A stretch of DNA of 64,000 nucleotides from Dehalococcoidia bacterium (GTDB lineage Bacteria; Chloroflexota; Dehalococcoidia; Lucifugimonadales; UBA3495). The stretch lies in NCBI GenBank assembly GCA_965207865.1, contig CBDBNP010000005.1, forward strand, positions 112,055 to 176,054. The letters are read 5' to 3'. The translations under genes and the position numbers were made by a program. The notes below the pieces were generated by a model. It was given only the letters and a program-made list of their open reading frames with translations. It was not told the DNA's origin and searched no databases. Below are positions 9,843-19,240 of this stretch, piece by piece. The stretch's first letter is position 1. Every line of letters starts with the position of its first letter.

Positions 9843-9987
9843 AATGGCCCGGCCCCTGCCTGATTGGGTCCGGGCGAGTGAAGCTTAGTTTATAGCAGCG
9901 ATTTGCTGAATCTGTCAAACTTGAGACACCAGCTCTCTGGTGTGTGCAGGTTGAACCGCTATCGCACCCCGTCTATCATAGATTAGA

Positions 9988-10408
9988 GATGACCAAACTA
10001 AATGGAGACCAACAATCCCGCCTTGCGCGATACAACGGGCAGAGCGTCCGCCTGCTCCGCGACGCCATGAACGAGGCTCGCCAGGCCCGCTGGCTCCGGA
10101 CGGAGGAGCTCCTCTGGGGCAGCGTGACCCTGGCCGTAAGGAGCGTGGCCCTCACCCGGGGCGACGAAGTCGATGACCGCAAGTCCGTTGAGGAATACGC
10201 CCAGACCCTGGGCCGCGAGCACAACGACCGCCGGATCAGAGACGCCTTCAATCGCCTCGGCACCTTCGCCGATGTCGCCGACAGGATGCGCGACTCTCGG
10301 GGCGGTGCTCAGCAACTCATCTCGATACTCGAGGACGTGACGGCGGCTGTGGAAAAGCTCTGGGACATGGTTCCCACAACCGATGACCTCAGTTGGGAGG
10401 ACGAGTAG
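9988..10408 (+). CDS. hypothetical protein, divergent PaREP1/HEPN-like
   Basis: EELLWGSVTLAVRSVALTRG resembles the PaREP1 EKxWGAxxxAxKxxAxxRG helix; start uncertain (9944 or 9988). Confidence 0.5.
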
Positions 10409-10412
10409 GGCC

Positions 10413-11744
10413 ATGGCCAGTGAGACCACACAACCGGCCCCATCGACGAGCGTTGAGAACGTAATGGTCTCCCAGCCGGCCGTCGCCATCCACACCCACG
10501 GCTGCAAGCTCAACCAAGCCGACAGCCAGTCGCTGGCCCGGCAGTTTCGCGATGCCGGCTACAGACTGGTGGAGCCATCTTCCTACGCCGACGTCATAGT
10601 GCTGAATTCCTGCACCGTCACTGCAACAGCCGATGCCAAGGCACGACAGTTCCTGCGGGCAGCGAAACGCCGGAACCCGGACGCGGTCGTCGTCGCCACC
10701 GGCTGCTATGCGCAGCGGGCCCCGGGCGACCTGGAGAGGCTGGAAGCAGTCTCGCTGGTGCTGGGAAACACGTCCAAGCCTGAGTTGGTGGAGGCGTCCC
10801 ATCGCGCTCTTCGTGGGGTGCTTCCTGCCGCTGACACTCAGGCGCCTGTTCCGGGGGACCGAGGCACAGGGCTTCGGACCCGGGCCATGGTGAAGATTCA
10901 GGAGGGATGCGACCAGGTCTGCGCCTATTGCATCGTACCGAAGGTGCGAGGCCGGGAGAGGAGCATCCCAGCCGAGGCGATTATCGCCCAGATCAATCGC
11001 CACGCGGCCGAGGGCTGCCGTGAGGTGGCGCTTACCGGCACGCAGCTGGGTAGCTACGGCTTTGACCTGCCCAATGTAGACCTGACGCAGCTGCTGGAAC
11101 GCATCCTAGCGGAGACCGGCGTGCCGCGGCTGCGGGTGTCGTCCCTGCAGGCCCATGAGATCACGGAGCGGCTTCTGGCCCTGTGGAGCGATTCCAGGCT
11201 GATGCGCCATTTCCACATTCCCTTGCAGAGCGGCAGCGACCAAATCCTGCGTACCATGCGCAGGAGGTACAACACCGCGCAGTTCAGATCTGCAATTGAA
11301 CGCGTTCGCGATCGCTACCCGGACGCGGGCATCACGACCGACCTGATAGTCGGCTTCCCGGGAGAGAGCGAGGAGGATTTCAGGGACAGCCGGGATTTTG
11401 CGGCGGCGATGCGTTTCTCCGACATTCACGTTTTCCCTTACTCTCCACGCCCGGGAACGTCAGCCTTCCACTTCGGAAACGCGGTCGCTGAGGTAAGCAA
11501 GCGAGAACGAATGGGGGAGATGCTGGCCCTTTCGGCGGAAAGCCGCCGGCAGTTCAGGGAGTCGCAGCTTGGAGCCGTCAGGCCGGTCCTGTGGGAGCAG
11601 TCCTCCCGGTCGGGCAGCTCGACGGGACTGACCGACAACTACCTCAGGGTACGGACCTCCAGCGAAGAGGACCTGGCAAATCGCATTGTCGAGGCCAGGC
11701 TGATGGTGATCGATGGGGACTGGGTACTCGCCAATATTGTGTAG
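10413..11744 (+). CDS. mtaB: tRNA (N6-threonylcarbamoyladenosine(37)) methylthiotransferase
   Basis: HTHGCKLNQAD, LNSCTVT, radical SAM KIQEGCDQVCAYCIVP, HIPLQSGSD, DLIVGFPGE, FPYSPRPGT, C-terminal TRAM-like region. Confidence 0.9.
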   Translation: MASETTQPAPSTSVENVMVSQPAVAIHTHGCKLNQADSQSLARQFRDAGYRLVEPSSYADVIVLNSCTVTATADAKARQFLRAAKRRNPDAVVVATGCYAQRAPGDLERLEAVSLVLGNTSKPELVEASHRALRGVLPAADTQAPVPGDRGTGLRTRAMVKIQEGCDQVCAYCIVPKVRGRERSIPAEAIIAQINRHAAEGCREVALTGTQLGSYGFDLPNVDLTQLLERILAETGVPRLRVSSLQAHEITERLLALWSDSRLMRHFHIPLQSGSDQILRTMRRRYNTAQFRSAIERVRDRYPDAGITTDLIVGFPGESEEDFRDSRDFAAAMRFSDIHVFPYSPRPGTSAFHFGNAVAEVSKRERMGEMLALSAESRRQFRESQLGAVRPVLWEQSSRSGSSTGLTDNYLRVRTSSEEDLANRIVEARLMVIDGDWVLANIV

Positions 11745-11793
11745 CCGGGACCTGCTGATCGGCCCCTGCATCCAACTACCTTCCCGAATCAAA

Positions 11794-11823
11794 AGCGCCC
11801 CGTCCTTGTCAGGACGGGGCGCT
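11794..11823. terminator. bidirectional terminator between mtaB and the MBL hydrolase
   Basis: Perfect 13-bp stem AGCGCCCCGTCCT-TGTC-AGGACGGGGCGCT between convergent genes. Confidence 0.75.
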
Positions 11824-11860
11824 CCCTTTCAGCCCAGCAAACGAGTGTAGGTGAATATTG

Positions 11861-12688
11861 CTAGAGGCCGCCATCTCTCAGGAAGCCCATCCCACCACGA
11901 CGCTCCAGGTACCCTGAGCGGATTTCGTTGCCGTGGGAGAACACCAGGAGCCAGCCTTCCCGTTCGGCACGGAAGAGCAACTCTTTTTTCTGCTCCAGGG
12001 TCACCTCCGGAGAGTTATCGAAGGCGGAGATCGCCACGAGGTTCAGGTGATGCGGCGTCGGGACGATGTCTCCGAGAAAGACCACCCTTTCCCCGCCGTG
12101 ATTGAACATGACCATCTGGTGTCCCCTGGCATGGCCGTCGGTAACAACCACATTCAAGCCCGGCAGGATTTCCCTGTCCCCATCAAGCAGTTCCAACTGA
12201 CCACGGTCGTCAATGGGGAGGAAGTTGTCCTCCCTGTGGGAATTGTTGGCTCGCTCATTTGGATGGCAGGCCTCGTTCCAGCATTGCTCCTGCACGTAGT
12301 ACTTTGCCTTGGAAAAGGTCGGGACCACGTTTCCGGCGCGGTCCAGCCTGGTGCAGCCACCAGAATGGTCAAAATGAAGATGAGTGAGAATGACAGCGTC
12401 GATGTCCTTGGGCGCCAGCCCCACCGACTTGAGGCCCCGGAGCAACCTGCTGGGCACCAGCCCCATGCTTTCCTTATCGGCGTGCAGGTCCTTGGAACCA
12501 ATCCCTGTATCCACCAGAACATTGTAGCCGCCGGTGTGTAGCAGAAGGCAGTTCAGGCCCAGGGTCATGCGATTTTTCCGATCGGTTACCACGCTGTTTT
12601 CCCAGGCGACCTTGGGCACAGGGCCGAACATGGACCCGCCGTCTACTTTCATTACTCCGTCACTGATTATTTTTACGTCCGTTGACAT
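11861..12688 (-). CDS. MBL-fold metallo-hydrolase (YtnP/AiiA-like)
   Basis: DGGSMFGPVPKVAW, LVDTG, THLHFDHSGG, GHARGHQ, GDIVP, FSH. Confidence 0.88.
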   Translation of the reverse strand: MSTDVKIISDGVMKVDGGSMFGPVPKVAWENSVVTDRKNRMTLGLNCLLLHTGGYNVLVDTGIGSKDLHADKESMGLVPSRLLRGLKSVGLAPKDIDAVILTHLHFDHSGGCTRLDRAGNVVPTFSKAKYYVQEQCWNEACHPNERANNSHREDNFLPIDDRGQLELLDGDREILPGLNVVVTDGHARGHQMVMFNHGGERVVFLGDIVPTPHHLNLVAISAFDNSPEVTLEQKKELLFRAEREGWLLVFSHGNEIRSGYLERRGGMGFLRDGGL

Positions 12689-13373
12689 TTCAAAACCACC
12701 CCAAAACCCTCATTTACCTTGGTTTTTCAAGGTTGTCGTTGCTAACCCGCCAAGGCCGTAGGTGCAGGGTCGTGGGAATGTCAACGCTGGCTCAATCCGC
12801 CCAATAGCGATCTCAAGCCGGGAATCTAAAGAATATTGCTTGACCTGGAATTTTGCCTGCACTCCCTCGAACTGCTAAGCCTTGCGGTATTGTCAATACA
12901 CCATGGGTAAACCAGTTGTTTATTGGATCATTGGCTACCCCCTTTTTCAGATCCGGGCTCGATGTATACCGTGCATCGATGATGGATTCTGCCGGGAAGA
13001 ATGGAGAATCGTTCCGAAAATCCACTCCATCCCGGGATTGTCAAGGAAATTCACTGCCCCATAGGGGCAAAATTCTGTGAAAGAATCTCACGTAATAACA
13101 TAAATGATTTCTTAAATTAAATCAAAATAATGCAACTGTCAACAGGCAGATACCCAAACGGTCAACCGAGGCCATTTTCCGAACGCGCCACAAGATGGTT
13201 CCTCGTGCTTGCGCTCGAGTCGCGGGCATCTTCCGTGCCAAAACGGGCATGCGAGACAGCTCCATCCCGCCGAGAGAGATGCCACTGTGTCCATGGGCAG
13301 CCGCCGCCGTGCTAGAATGAACGTGACCCAGCTACACCACATCCACTACAGCAAGTGTGTTCCCAGAGGGGCT

Positions 13374-13949
13374 ATGCCGAGCAACTTCTGGATGATTGCC
13401 AACAACGAGCGAAATTTTCGCATTACCCAGGACAGGGGTTTTAGCGTGCTGGGCCTGAAATCCCAGCACCGCCGAAAGGTCCAACGGATCTCGGATGGCG
13501 ACCGGATCCTGGTGTATGTCACTCACCTGCGCCGGTTTGTAGCCACTGCGACGGCCATCTCCGACTACTACGAGGCGGAGGACAACATCTGGGAAAAAGA
13601 GGGCAAGGCCGGGTTTCCCTTCAGGGTCAATGTTAGACCCGACATGGTTCTGCGGGATGAGCTGTTCATGAACGCCAACCTGATAGCACCAAGGTTGGAG
13701 TATGTCAAGCGGTGGGCTCCCGAGGACTGGTACATGGCCTTTCAGGGTAACCTGCACCTGCTCCCCAAGAGCGATTTCCTTCTCATTGAGGAGGAGATGA
13801 AAAAGCTGCACCTCGGAAAGGACTATCAGCCCACGCCGGTAGTCCCCTCGCGCATACAACAGCGTCGTCGCAGATCGGGGCCTCGGCCTGCGCAACCTCA
13901 GCGAGGAGTCGCTCCCCAGGCTCCGGGGCGGAGTTCACCGGCCCGCTGA
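13374..13949 (+). CDS. EVE (PUA-like) domain protein
   Basis: NFWMI, GDRILVY, FPFRV, WYMAFQG pattern of EVE domains; Arg/Pro-rich C-terminal tail; start chosen at ATG 13374 after AGAGGGG. Confidence 0.75.
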   Translation: MPSNFWMIANNERNFRITQDRGFSVLGLKSQHRRKVQRISDGDRILVYVTHLRRFVATATAISDYYEAEDNIWEKEGKAGFPFRVNVRPDMVLRDELFMNANLIAPRLEYVKRWAPEDWYMAFQGNLHLLPKSDFLLIEEEMKKLHLGKDYQPTPVVPSRIQQRRRRSGPRPAQPQRGVAPQAPGRSSPAR

Positions 13950-15176
13950 TTCCGCGAGGGCCAGTTCGATCTCCTCCAGAACGCCAGCATTCGCCTCGGA
14001 GAATGCAGCCTTGGTCAGAGCCGCCGTCGCCTGATCGCCGCCGATCCGTCCCAGCGCCCAAGCGGCATGCTCACGCACCAGCGGCTCGGAGGTCTCCAGC
14101 GCCACTGAAAGGGCAGGAACAGCGCTATCGTCGGCGGTGTTTCCCAGCACCACGCAGGCGTTTCGCTGCATTCCCACCCACTTGGCCCGCATGATGGATG
14201 TGCCGGCAAATCGCTGTCGAAACTCGTCCTCTGACATTCGCAACAGTTCCACGAGGTCCATTTGACCCACCAGACCGTGAGAGCCCACCGCGCCTGCGAA
14301 TGGGACCGGTTGGCCTGGCTGCCGCGCCTTCCGGTTGACGGGACAGACGTCCTGACAGATGTCGCAGCCAAAGACCCAGTCCTGGATCAATGGGCGCAAT
14401 TCTCTCGGAATCGCGCCCCGATTCTCGATAATCAGGTAAGAGATGCAGCGCGAGTTGTCCACAACGTAGGGAGCGACGATGGCGCCAGTCGGGCAGTCGT
14501 CGATGCAGCGAGTGCAGCCACCGCAAGTCTTCTTTAACGGTGCGTCGGGTTCAAGTTCCAAGTCGGTGATGATTTGCCCCAGGAATACCCAGGACCCGAA
14601 TTGGGGATTCAATATGTTGGAGTTTTTGCCGAACCAGCCGATGCCGGCACGGTTTGCGGCGGCGCGGTCCAGCATCGGACCATCGTCCACATACCACTTG
14701 GCCGCAACCTCGGACGACAACTCCCGTTCCAGTGCCCTTACCAGTTCACGCATGCGACGCTTCATCACCCGGTGATAGTCGCGGACCCACGCGTACCGGG
14801 CAACGCGGCCAGTTCCGACAGATCGCTTTAAGAGTCCCTCGGCCTCCGTGTCGCGCTGTTCCCGGTCTTCATCCAACCAGTAGCTGAGGCCCAGGCAAAT
14901 AATCGACCTCGCTCCGGGAAGCAGTTCCGCGGGGCTGGTGCCTCGCATCACTCTAGACTCGGTGTACCAGGGCAGACCGTCCATTTGGCCCTGGCGAATG
15001 CGTTCCATCGCTGCTTCCCGGTCAGCAGGGAAATCATCCGCGCTGGTTACCCCGACAAGGTCAAAGCCGCAAGCGAGGGCATGAGCTTTGACTACAGATT
15101 TCAGATCCAACATGGCGTCTCGATGATAGCGCGAAACACACCCGCTGGGCCAATCCCGGTTTGCGGGAGTGACCAT
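13935..15176 (-). CDS. queG: tRNA epoxyqueuosine(34) reductase
   Basis: ARYAWVRDYH, VDDGPMLDR, GWFGKNS, CGGCTRCIDDCPTGA, CISYL, FGCDICQDVCP.N, HEAT repeats. Confidence 0.93.
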   Translation of the reverse strand: MVTPANRDWPSGCVSRYHRDAMLDLKSVVKAHALACGFDLVGVTSADDFPADREAAMERIRQGQMDGLPWYTESRVMRGTSPAELLPGARSIICLGLSYWLDEDREQRDTEAEGLLKRSVGTGRVARYAWVRDYHRVMKRRMRELVRALERELSSEVAAKWYVDDGPMLDRAAANRAGIGWFGKNSNILNPQFGSWVFLGQIITDLELEPDAPLKKTCGGCTRCIDDCPTGAIVAPYVVDNSRCISYLIIENRGAIPRELRPLIQDWVFGCDICQDVCPVNRKARQPGQPVPFAGAVGSHGLVGQMDLVELLRMSEDEFRQRFAGTSIMRAKWVGMQRNACVVLGNTADDSAVPALSVALETSEPLVREHAAWALGRIGGDQATAALTKAAFSEANAGVLEEIELALAESAGR

Positions 15177-15310
15177 GTCCGCCGGGCTTCGTACTGAATT
15201 GAACGAATGGGCGCTGCCCTAAACTGCTGAGCCTGGACCGACCAGAATGCAAGGATCCTGGATAGCCTCGTTGGGGGCCGCCGCGGTTCACCTTGGGGAC
15301 AACACTCTGC

Positions 15311-15829
15311 TCACAGCCCCTCTCCTTGATATCGCCCCTGGTACCCCGCCGACGGAGGAGCACTAAGCCGAAAGAATACCAACTGCGCCAACCGCGCGTT
15401 ATGCTGAAGGCGGAATCCACCGGTGTAGTGCACGGTGAGTAGCGACTGGGAGCGACCCCGGTATCCGGCGTCCCAGACTGCGGTGTGGAGGGAGACCCCG
15501 GACCGCAGGAGGCTGGAGCGCGGCCGCCCCAGGGCCATGACATCCAGAGGCAGGTTTACCACCTCGTTGAAAGTAACCAGGTAAGAACCGGGGGCGAGTG
15601 CGAGCCAGCCGTCGGTGCCATAGGCCAGCGGGGTGGTTTCGGCAAGCACCCTGTCGGCATCGCTCGAACCGATTGAGCCAGCGGCCCCGAACGAAGAGAT
15701 TTCCCGCATAGACAGGTCAAACCCGTTGGGCTGCAGTTGCGATTCCAGCGAAACGTAGCCCTCGACCAAGGAAACTTCTCCAGCAATCAGGCTGGCAATC
15801 TCATCCCGGTTGAGTGGGTTACCATTCAT
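15311..15829 (-). CDS. trimeric dUTPase / dCTP deaminase family protein
   Basis: LQPNGFDL, PRSSLLRSG, AVWDAGYRG, ARLAQLVF. Confidence 0.85.
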   Translation of the reverse strand: MNGNPLNRDEIASLIAGEVSLVEGYVSLESQLQPNGFDLSMREISSFGAAGSIGSSDADRVLAETTPLAYGTDGWLALAPGSYLVTFNEVVNLPLDVMALGRPRSSLLRSGVSLHTAVWDAGYRGRSQSLLTVHYTGGFRLQHNARLAQLVFFRLSAPPSAGYQGRYQGEGL

Positions 15830-15913
15830 TGGGCAAATGTAATGGGGCGCACTGCGGCGCGCCCCATTTTTCCTTTGAAATTTCCGGGGAACTCGCCCGC
15901 TCCACTGGGTTCT

Positions 15914-17539
15914 CTAGTCGTACATGAAGTCCTGCATGTCGGCGGGCAGGGGCTTCTCCTCAGGAATCTCGGTGATGATGGTCTCGGTGGTCAGCATCAT
16001 GCCTGCGATGCTTCCCGCGTTTTCGAGGGCCGATCGGGTCACCTTTACCGGATCAATGATGCCAGCCTGGATCAGGTGGGTGTATTCCCCGATCTCCGCG
16101 TTGAATCCCCAGTCGCCCTCACCTAACCGAACGTCATTAACCACCACCGGAGCGTCGTAGCCGGCGTTTTCGGCTATAAGGGTCAGCGGCGCGCGCAGGG
16201 ATTCACGTACCAGGCGCGCACCCAGAGCTTCGTCGCCCTCCAGGGACTGTATCACGCCTTCGACTACGTGCCCGGCGCGGATCAGGGCCACTCCGCCCCC
16301 GGGAACGATTCCTTCCTCAATGGCCGCTCGGGTGGCGGAAAGAGCGTCCTCGGTGCGGGATTTGCGTTCGCTGACTTCCGGCTCCGTGGCGCCGCCCACC
16401 TTTACCACGGCCACGCCGCCGACCAGGGCAGCCATGCGCTCCTGCAGCTTTTCGCGGTCGTAATCTGAGGTGGTCTCCTCAATCTGCACCCGAAGCTGTT
16501 CCAGACGTTCTTTAACGTCCTGCTCGGACCCATGTCCCTCGATGATGGTAGCGTCGTCCTTGTTGGCCACCACGCGGCGAGCGGTACCCAGGTGCTCGAT
16601 CTCGGCGGCATCCATTCTCAGCCCGCGATCTGCGCTGATGACGGTTCCGCCCGTGACGATGGCCATGTCCTCAAGAAGGGCCTTGCGGCGCTCCCCGAAG
16701 CCCGGCGCCTTGATGGCCACGCAGTCCAGGATGCCCCGGGCCTTGTTCACCACCAGCGTCGACAGAGCCTCGCCCTCCACATCCTCTGCGATCAGCACCA
16801 GGGTGCGCCGGCCAGAGCCGACCATTTTCTCCAGGATACCGATCAGGTCGTTGGGAGAACTCACCTTCTGGTCCGTCAGCAGGAAGTGCGGCTGATCGAT
16901 CGCCACTTCCATGCGCTGGGTATCAGTTACAAAGTGAGGGGAAAGGTAGCCGCGGTCCACGCGCACACCCTCTACGAAATCCAGTTCGTCGGTGAGCGAC
17001 TTAGATTCCTCGATGGTCACCACTCCGTCGCGCCCGACCTTCTCCAGCGCATTGGCAAGCTGCTCGGCGATGGCCTCTTCGTGGGCCGACAGGGCCGCAA
17101 CGCGGGCGATCTGCTCACGGTTCTCCACCGGGATGGACATGGTACGAAGTTCTGCGACAACCGCATCCACAGCGGCTTCGATGCCGGTACGCAGTTGCAT
17201 TCCGTTGGCACCTGCGGCCACGTTCTTGAACCCCTCGCGTACCATGGCTTCCGCCAGGACCACCGAGGTGGTGGTGCCGTCGCCGACGGCATCGTTGGTC
17301 TTCGAGGCCGCCTCTTTGACCAGTTGAGCGCCCAGGTTCTCGTAGGGGTCTGCCAGTTCAACTTCCTTGGCGATGGTCACGCCGTCGCTACAGACGACCG
17401 GATTTCCGAACATGCGGCTCAGCATCACGTTGCGGCCACTGGGTCCCAGGGTTAGGCCGACCACACGGCGTAGCTGTTGCACGCCGCTGAGCAGGCTTAC
17501 CCTTGCTTCTTCCTCAAAAGACAACTGCTTGTCTGCCAT
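15914..17539 (-). CDS. groEL: chaperonin GroEL (no adjacent groES, no GGM tail)
   Basis: TLGPSGRNV, DGVTIAKE, AVGDGTTT, KAPGFGERRKALLED, EDALSATRAAIEEGIVPGGG, IIDPVKVTRSAL. Confidence 0.95.
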   Translation of the reverse strand: MADKQLSFEEEARVSLLSGVQQLRRVVGLTLGPSGRNVMLSRMFGNPVVCSDGVTIAKEVELADPYENLGAQLVKEAASKTNDAVGDGTTTSVVLAEAMVREGFKNVAAGANGMQLRTGIEAAVDAVVAELRTMSIPVENREQIARVAALSAHEEAIAEQLANALEKVGRDGVVTIEESKSLTDELDFVEGVRVDRGYLSPHFVTDTQRMEVAIDQPHFLLTDQKVSSPNDLIGILEKMVGSGRRTLVLIAEDVEGEALSTLVVNKARGILDCVAIKAPGFGERRKALLEDMAIVTGGTVISADRGLRMDAAEIEHLGTARRVVANKDDATIIEGHGSEQDVKERLEQLRVQIEETTSDYDREKLQERMAALVGGVAVVKVGGATEPEVSERKSRTEDALSATRAAIEEGIVPGGGVALIRAGHVVEGVIQSLEGDEALGARLVRESLRAPLTLIAENAGYDAPVVVNDVRLGEGDWGFNAEIGEYTHLIQAGIIDPVKVTRSALENAGSIAGMMLTTETIITEIPEEKPLPADMQDFMYD

Positions 17540-17680
17540 CGTTGGCTCCTTGATTAGCTATGAATTCCCTTGGGGAAAGTGCCCGGGCCGGCTACTACAT
17601 GGAAATTTTCAGCCAGCCGCCAGGCAGGGAGTACAACCTTTAAAAATATGCGCCAACACGGTGCGATTGTCAACAGGAAA

Positions 17681-17707
17681 TTAGCAGTCACAACTGCCGA
17701 CTGCTAA
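17681..17707. promoter_or_regulatory. CIRCE-like (HrcA) operator upstream of groEL
   Basis: TTAGCAGTC-N9-GACTGCTAA, a perfect 9-bp inverted repeat differing from canonical TTAGCACTC-N9-GAGTGCTAA by a symmetric C/G swap; ~140 bp upstream of the groEL start. Confidence 0.8.
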
Positions 17708-17711
17708 CCTT

Positions 17712-18203
17712 CTACACAATCGGCTTCACTCCATCGCGTCCTTCCACGGCGGCCGCGAGTTCACCAATTGTCTTTCCCAGTCCAGGGTGAACTGTATGGG
17801 GCGCCAGTTCCGCCAAGGGAATGAGCGCAAATGCCCTGATATGCAGCCTCGGGTGGGGAATCTCTAGGTGAGGCAGTTGGACGACGTAATTGCCGAAAAG
17901 GAGAATGTCAACGTCGATCAGGCGGGGGCCCCACCTCGTCCCCGGCTGCCTACCCATTCCTTGCTCCACTTCCTTGCAGACGGCGAGCAGTTCCTCGGGG
18001 TCCAACGTCGTCGCCGCCTCGGCGACCGCGTTCAGGAACGCCGGCTGGTCCGTCACGCCCCACGGCTCCGTCTCGTACACCTCGGATCGGCGCAGCAGCC
18101 GAAGTCCCGAGTTGGCTGACAAAAGTTCGAGGGCCCTGCACAGGTTGACCTCTCGATCGCCCAGGTTGGTGCCAAGACCCAGGTAGGCAATGGTCTCCGT
18201 CAT
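17712..18203 (-). CDS. folK: 2-amino-4-hydroxy-6-hydroxymethyldihydropteridine diphosphokinase
   Basis: YLGLGTNLGDR, YETEPWG, FLNAV, WGPRLIDVDIL, PHPRLHIRAF. Confidence 0.95.
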   Translation of the reverse strand: MTETIAYLGLGTNLGDREVNLCRALELLSANSGLRLLRRSEVYETEPWGVTDQPAFLNAVAEAATTLDPEELLAVCKEVEQGMGRQPGTRWGPRLIDVDILLFGNYVVQLPHLEIPHPRLHIRAFALIPLAELAPHTVHPGLGKTIGELAAAVEGRDGVKPIV

Positions 18204-19069
18204 CCAGCTACCTCCCAACCGTCGGGGCGCCAGCCGCGAACAACGGCGTCAGTCATTCGGCAGACGCGGACCATTTCCTGCACATCGTGGACACGGACGA
18301 TGTCAGCTCCCGCAGCGATGGCCAAGGCCACAGTCGCTGCCGTTCCCTCCACACGCTGCTCCGTCGGCAGGCCAAGGATCCTGCCGATTGTGGACTTGCG
18401 GGAGGTCCCAACCAGTATCGGCAAGTCCATTGTCCTGAGTTGGTGCAAATTCCTGAGCAAGTCCAGATTGTGGTCCGCCGTTTTCCCAAATCCGAATCCT
18501 GGGTCAATCACCAGATTCTCTCGCGGAACACCGGCAGACAGGGCCATGTCCACGCTCCGGGACAATCCGGCGACGATGTCACCCAGCAGGTCGTTGTACT
18601 GAAGGCCGTGCTGGTTGTGCATGACGATTAGACCAGCTCCATATTCTGCGGCCACCTCGGCCATCAAAGGGTCGGCCTTCAGCCCCCATACGTCGTTGAT
18701 GATGCGGGCGCCTCTTTCCAGCGCCGTCCGGGCCACCGTAGACTTCCATGTGTCCACACTGATTGGAATGGAAACACGGGCCGAAATCGCCTCCAGGGCT
18801 GGCAGCAACCTTGCCAGTTCTTCCTCCTCAGTGATCGGGTGATGGCCCGGGCGGGTTGACTCCGCTCCTATGTCGATGAAATCGGCTCCCTCATCCTGAT
18901 ACCTGAGCGCCTGCTCCACGGCAGCAACAACACTGCCCTCAAGACCATCGCCCGAGAACGAATCTGGTGTGACGTTGATGATGCCCATCACGTACGTCCG
19001 ACTGCCCCAAGCCAGGCGCTCGCCATTGGAGACAGTCAGGTCTGTCATTGAGGAAAGCCCAATATTCAT
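18200..19069 (-). CDS. folP: dihydropteroate synthase
   Basis: MGIINVTPDSFSGDG, DIGAESTRPG, SVDTWK, DPGFGFGK, SRKS, IVRVHDV; overlaps the folK start. Confidence 0.95.
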   Translation of the reverse strand: MNIGLSSMTDLTVSNGERLAWGSRTYVMGIINVTPDSFSGDGLEGSVVAAVEQALRYQDEGADFIDIGAESTRPGHHPITEEEELARLLPALEAISARVSIPISVDTWKSTVARTALERGARIINDVWGLKADPLMAEVAAEYGAGLIVMHNQHGLQYNDLLGDIVAGLSRSVDMALSAGVPRENLVIDPGFGFGKTADHNLDLLRNLHQLRTMDLPILVGTSRKSTIGRILGLPTEQRVEGTAATVALAIAAGADIVRVHDVQEMVRVCRMTDAVVRGWRPDGWEVAG

Positions 19070-19240
19070 ATCCCTATCGCTGAGGTCCCTGAGAACCAGG
19101 AAGTCTCTCCAGGTTAAATTCTAGCACCGCGCATGGCACGCAAAGATGATGCGCGATAAAATGCTGCAATATAATTTGTATTGTGCAAGTACGGGGCTGG
19201 GCACTGCCTGCCGCCATCCCCGTCGATCTCGGGAGGAAAT

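Noticed and set aside
13076-13092. CRP- or Rex-like site TGTGAAAGAATCTCACG
   Set aside because: Spacing is off by one for both consensus sites and the arms are imperfect
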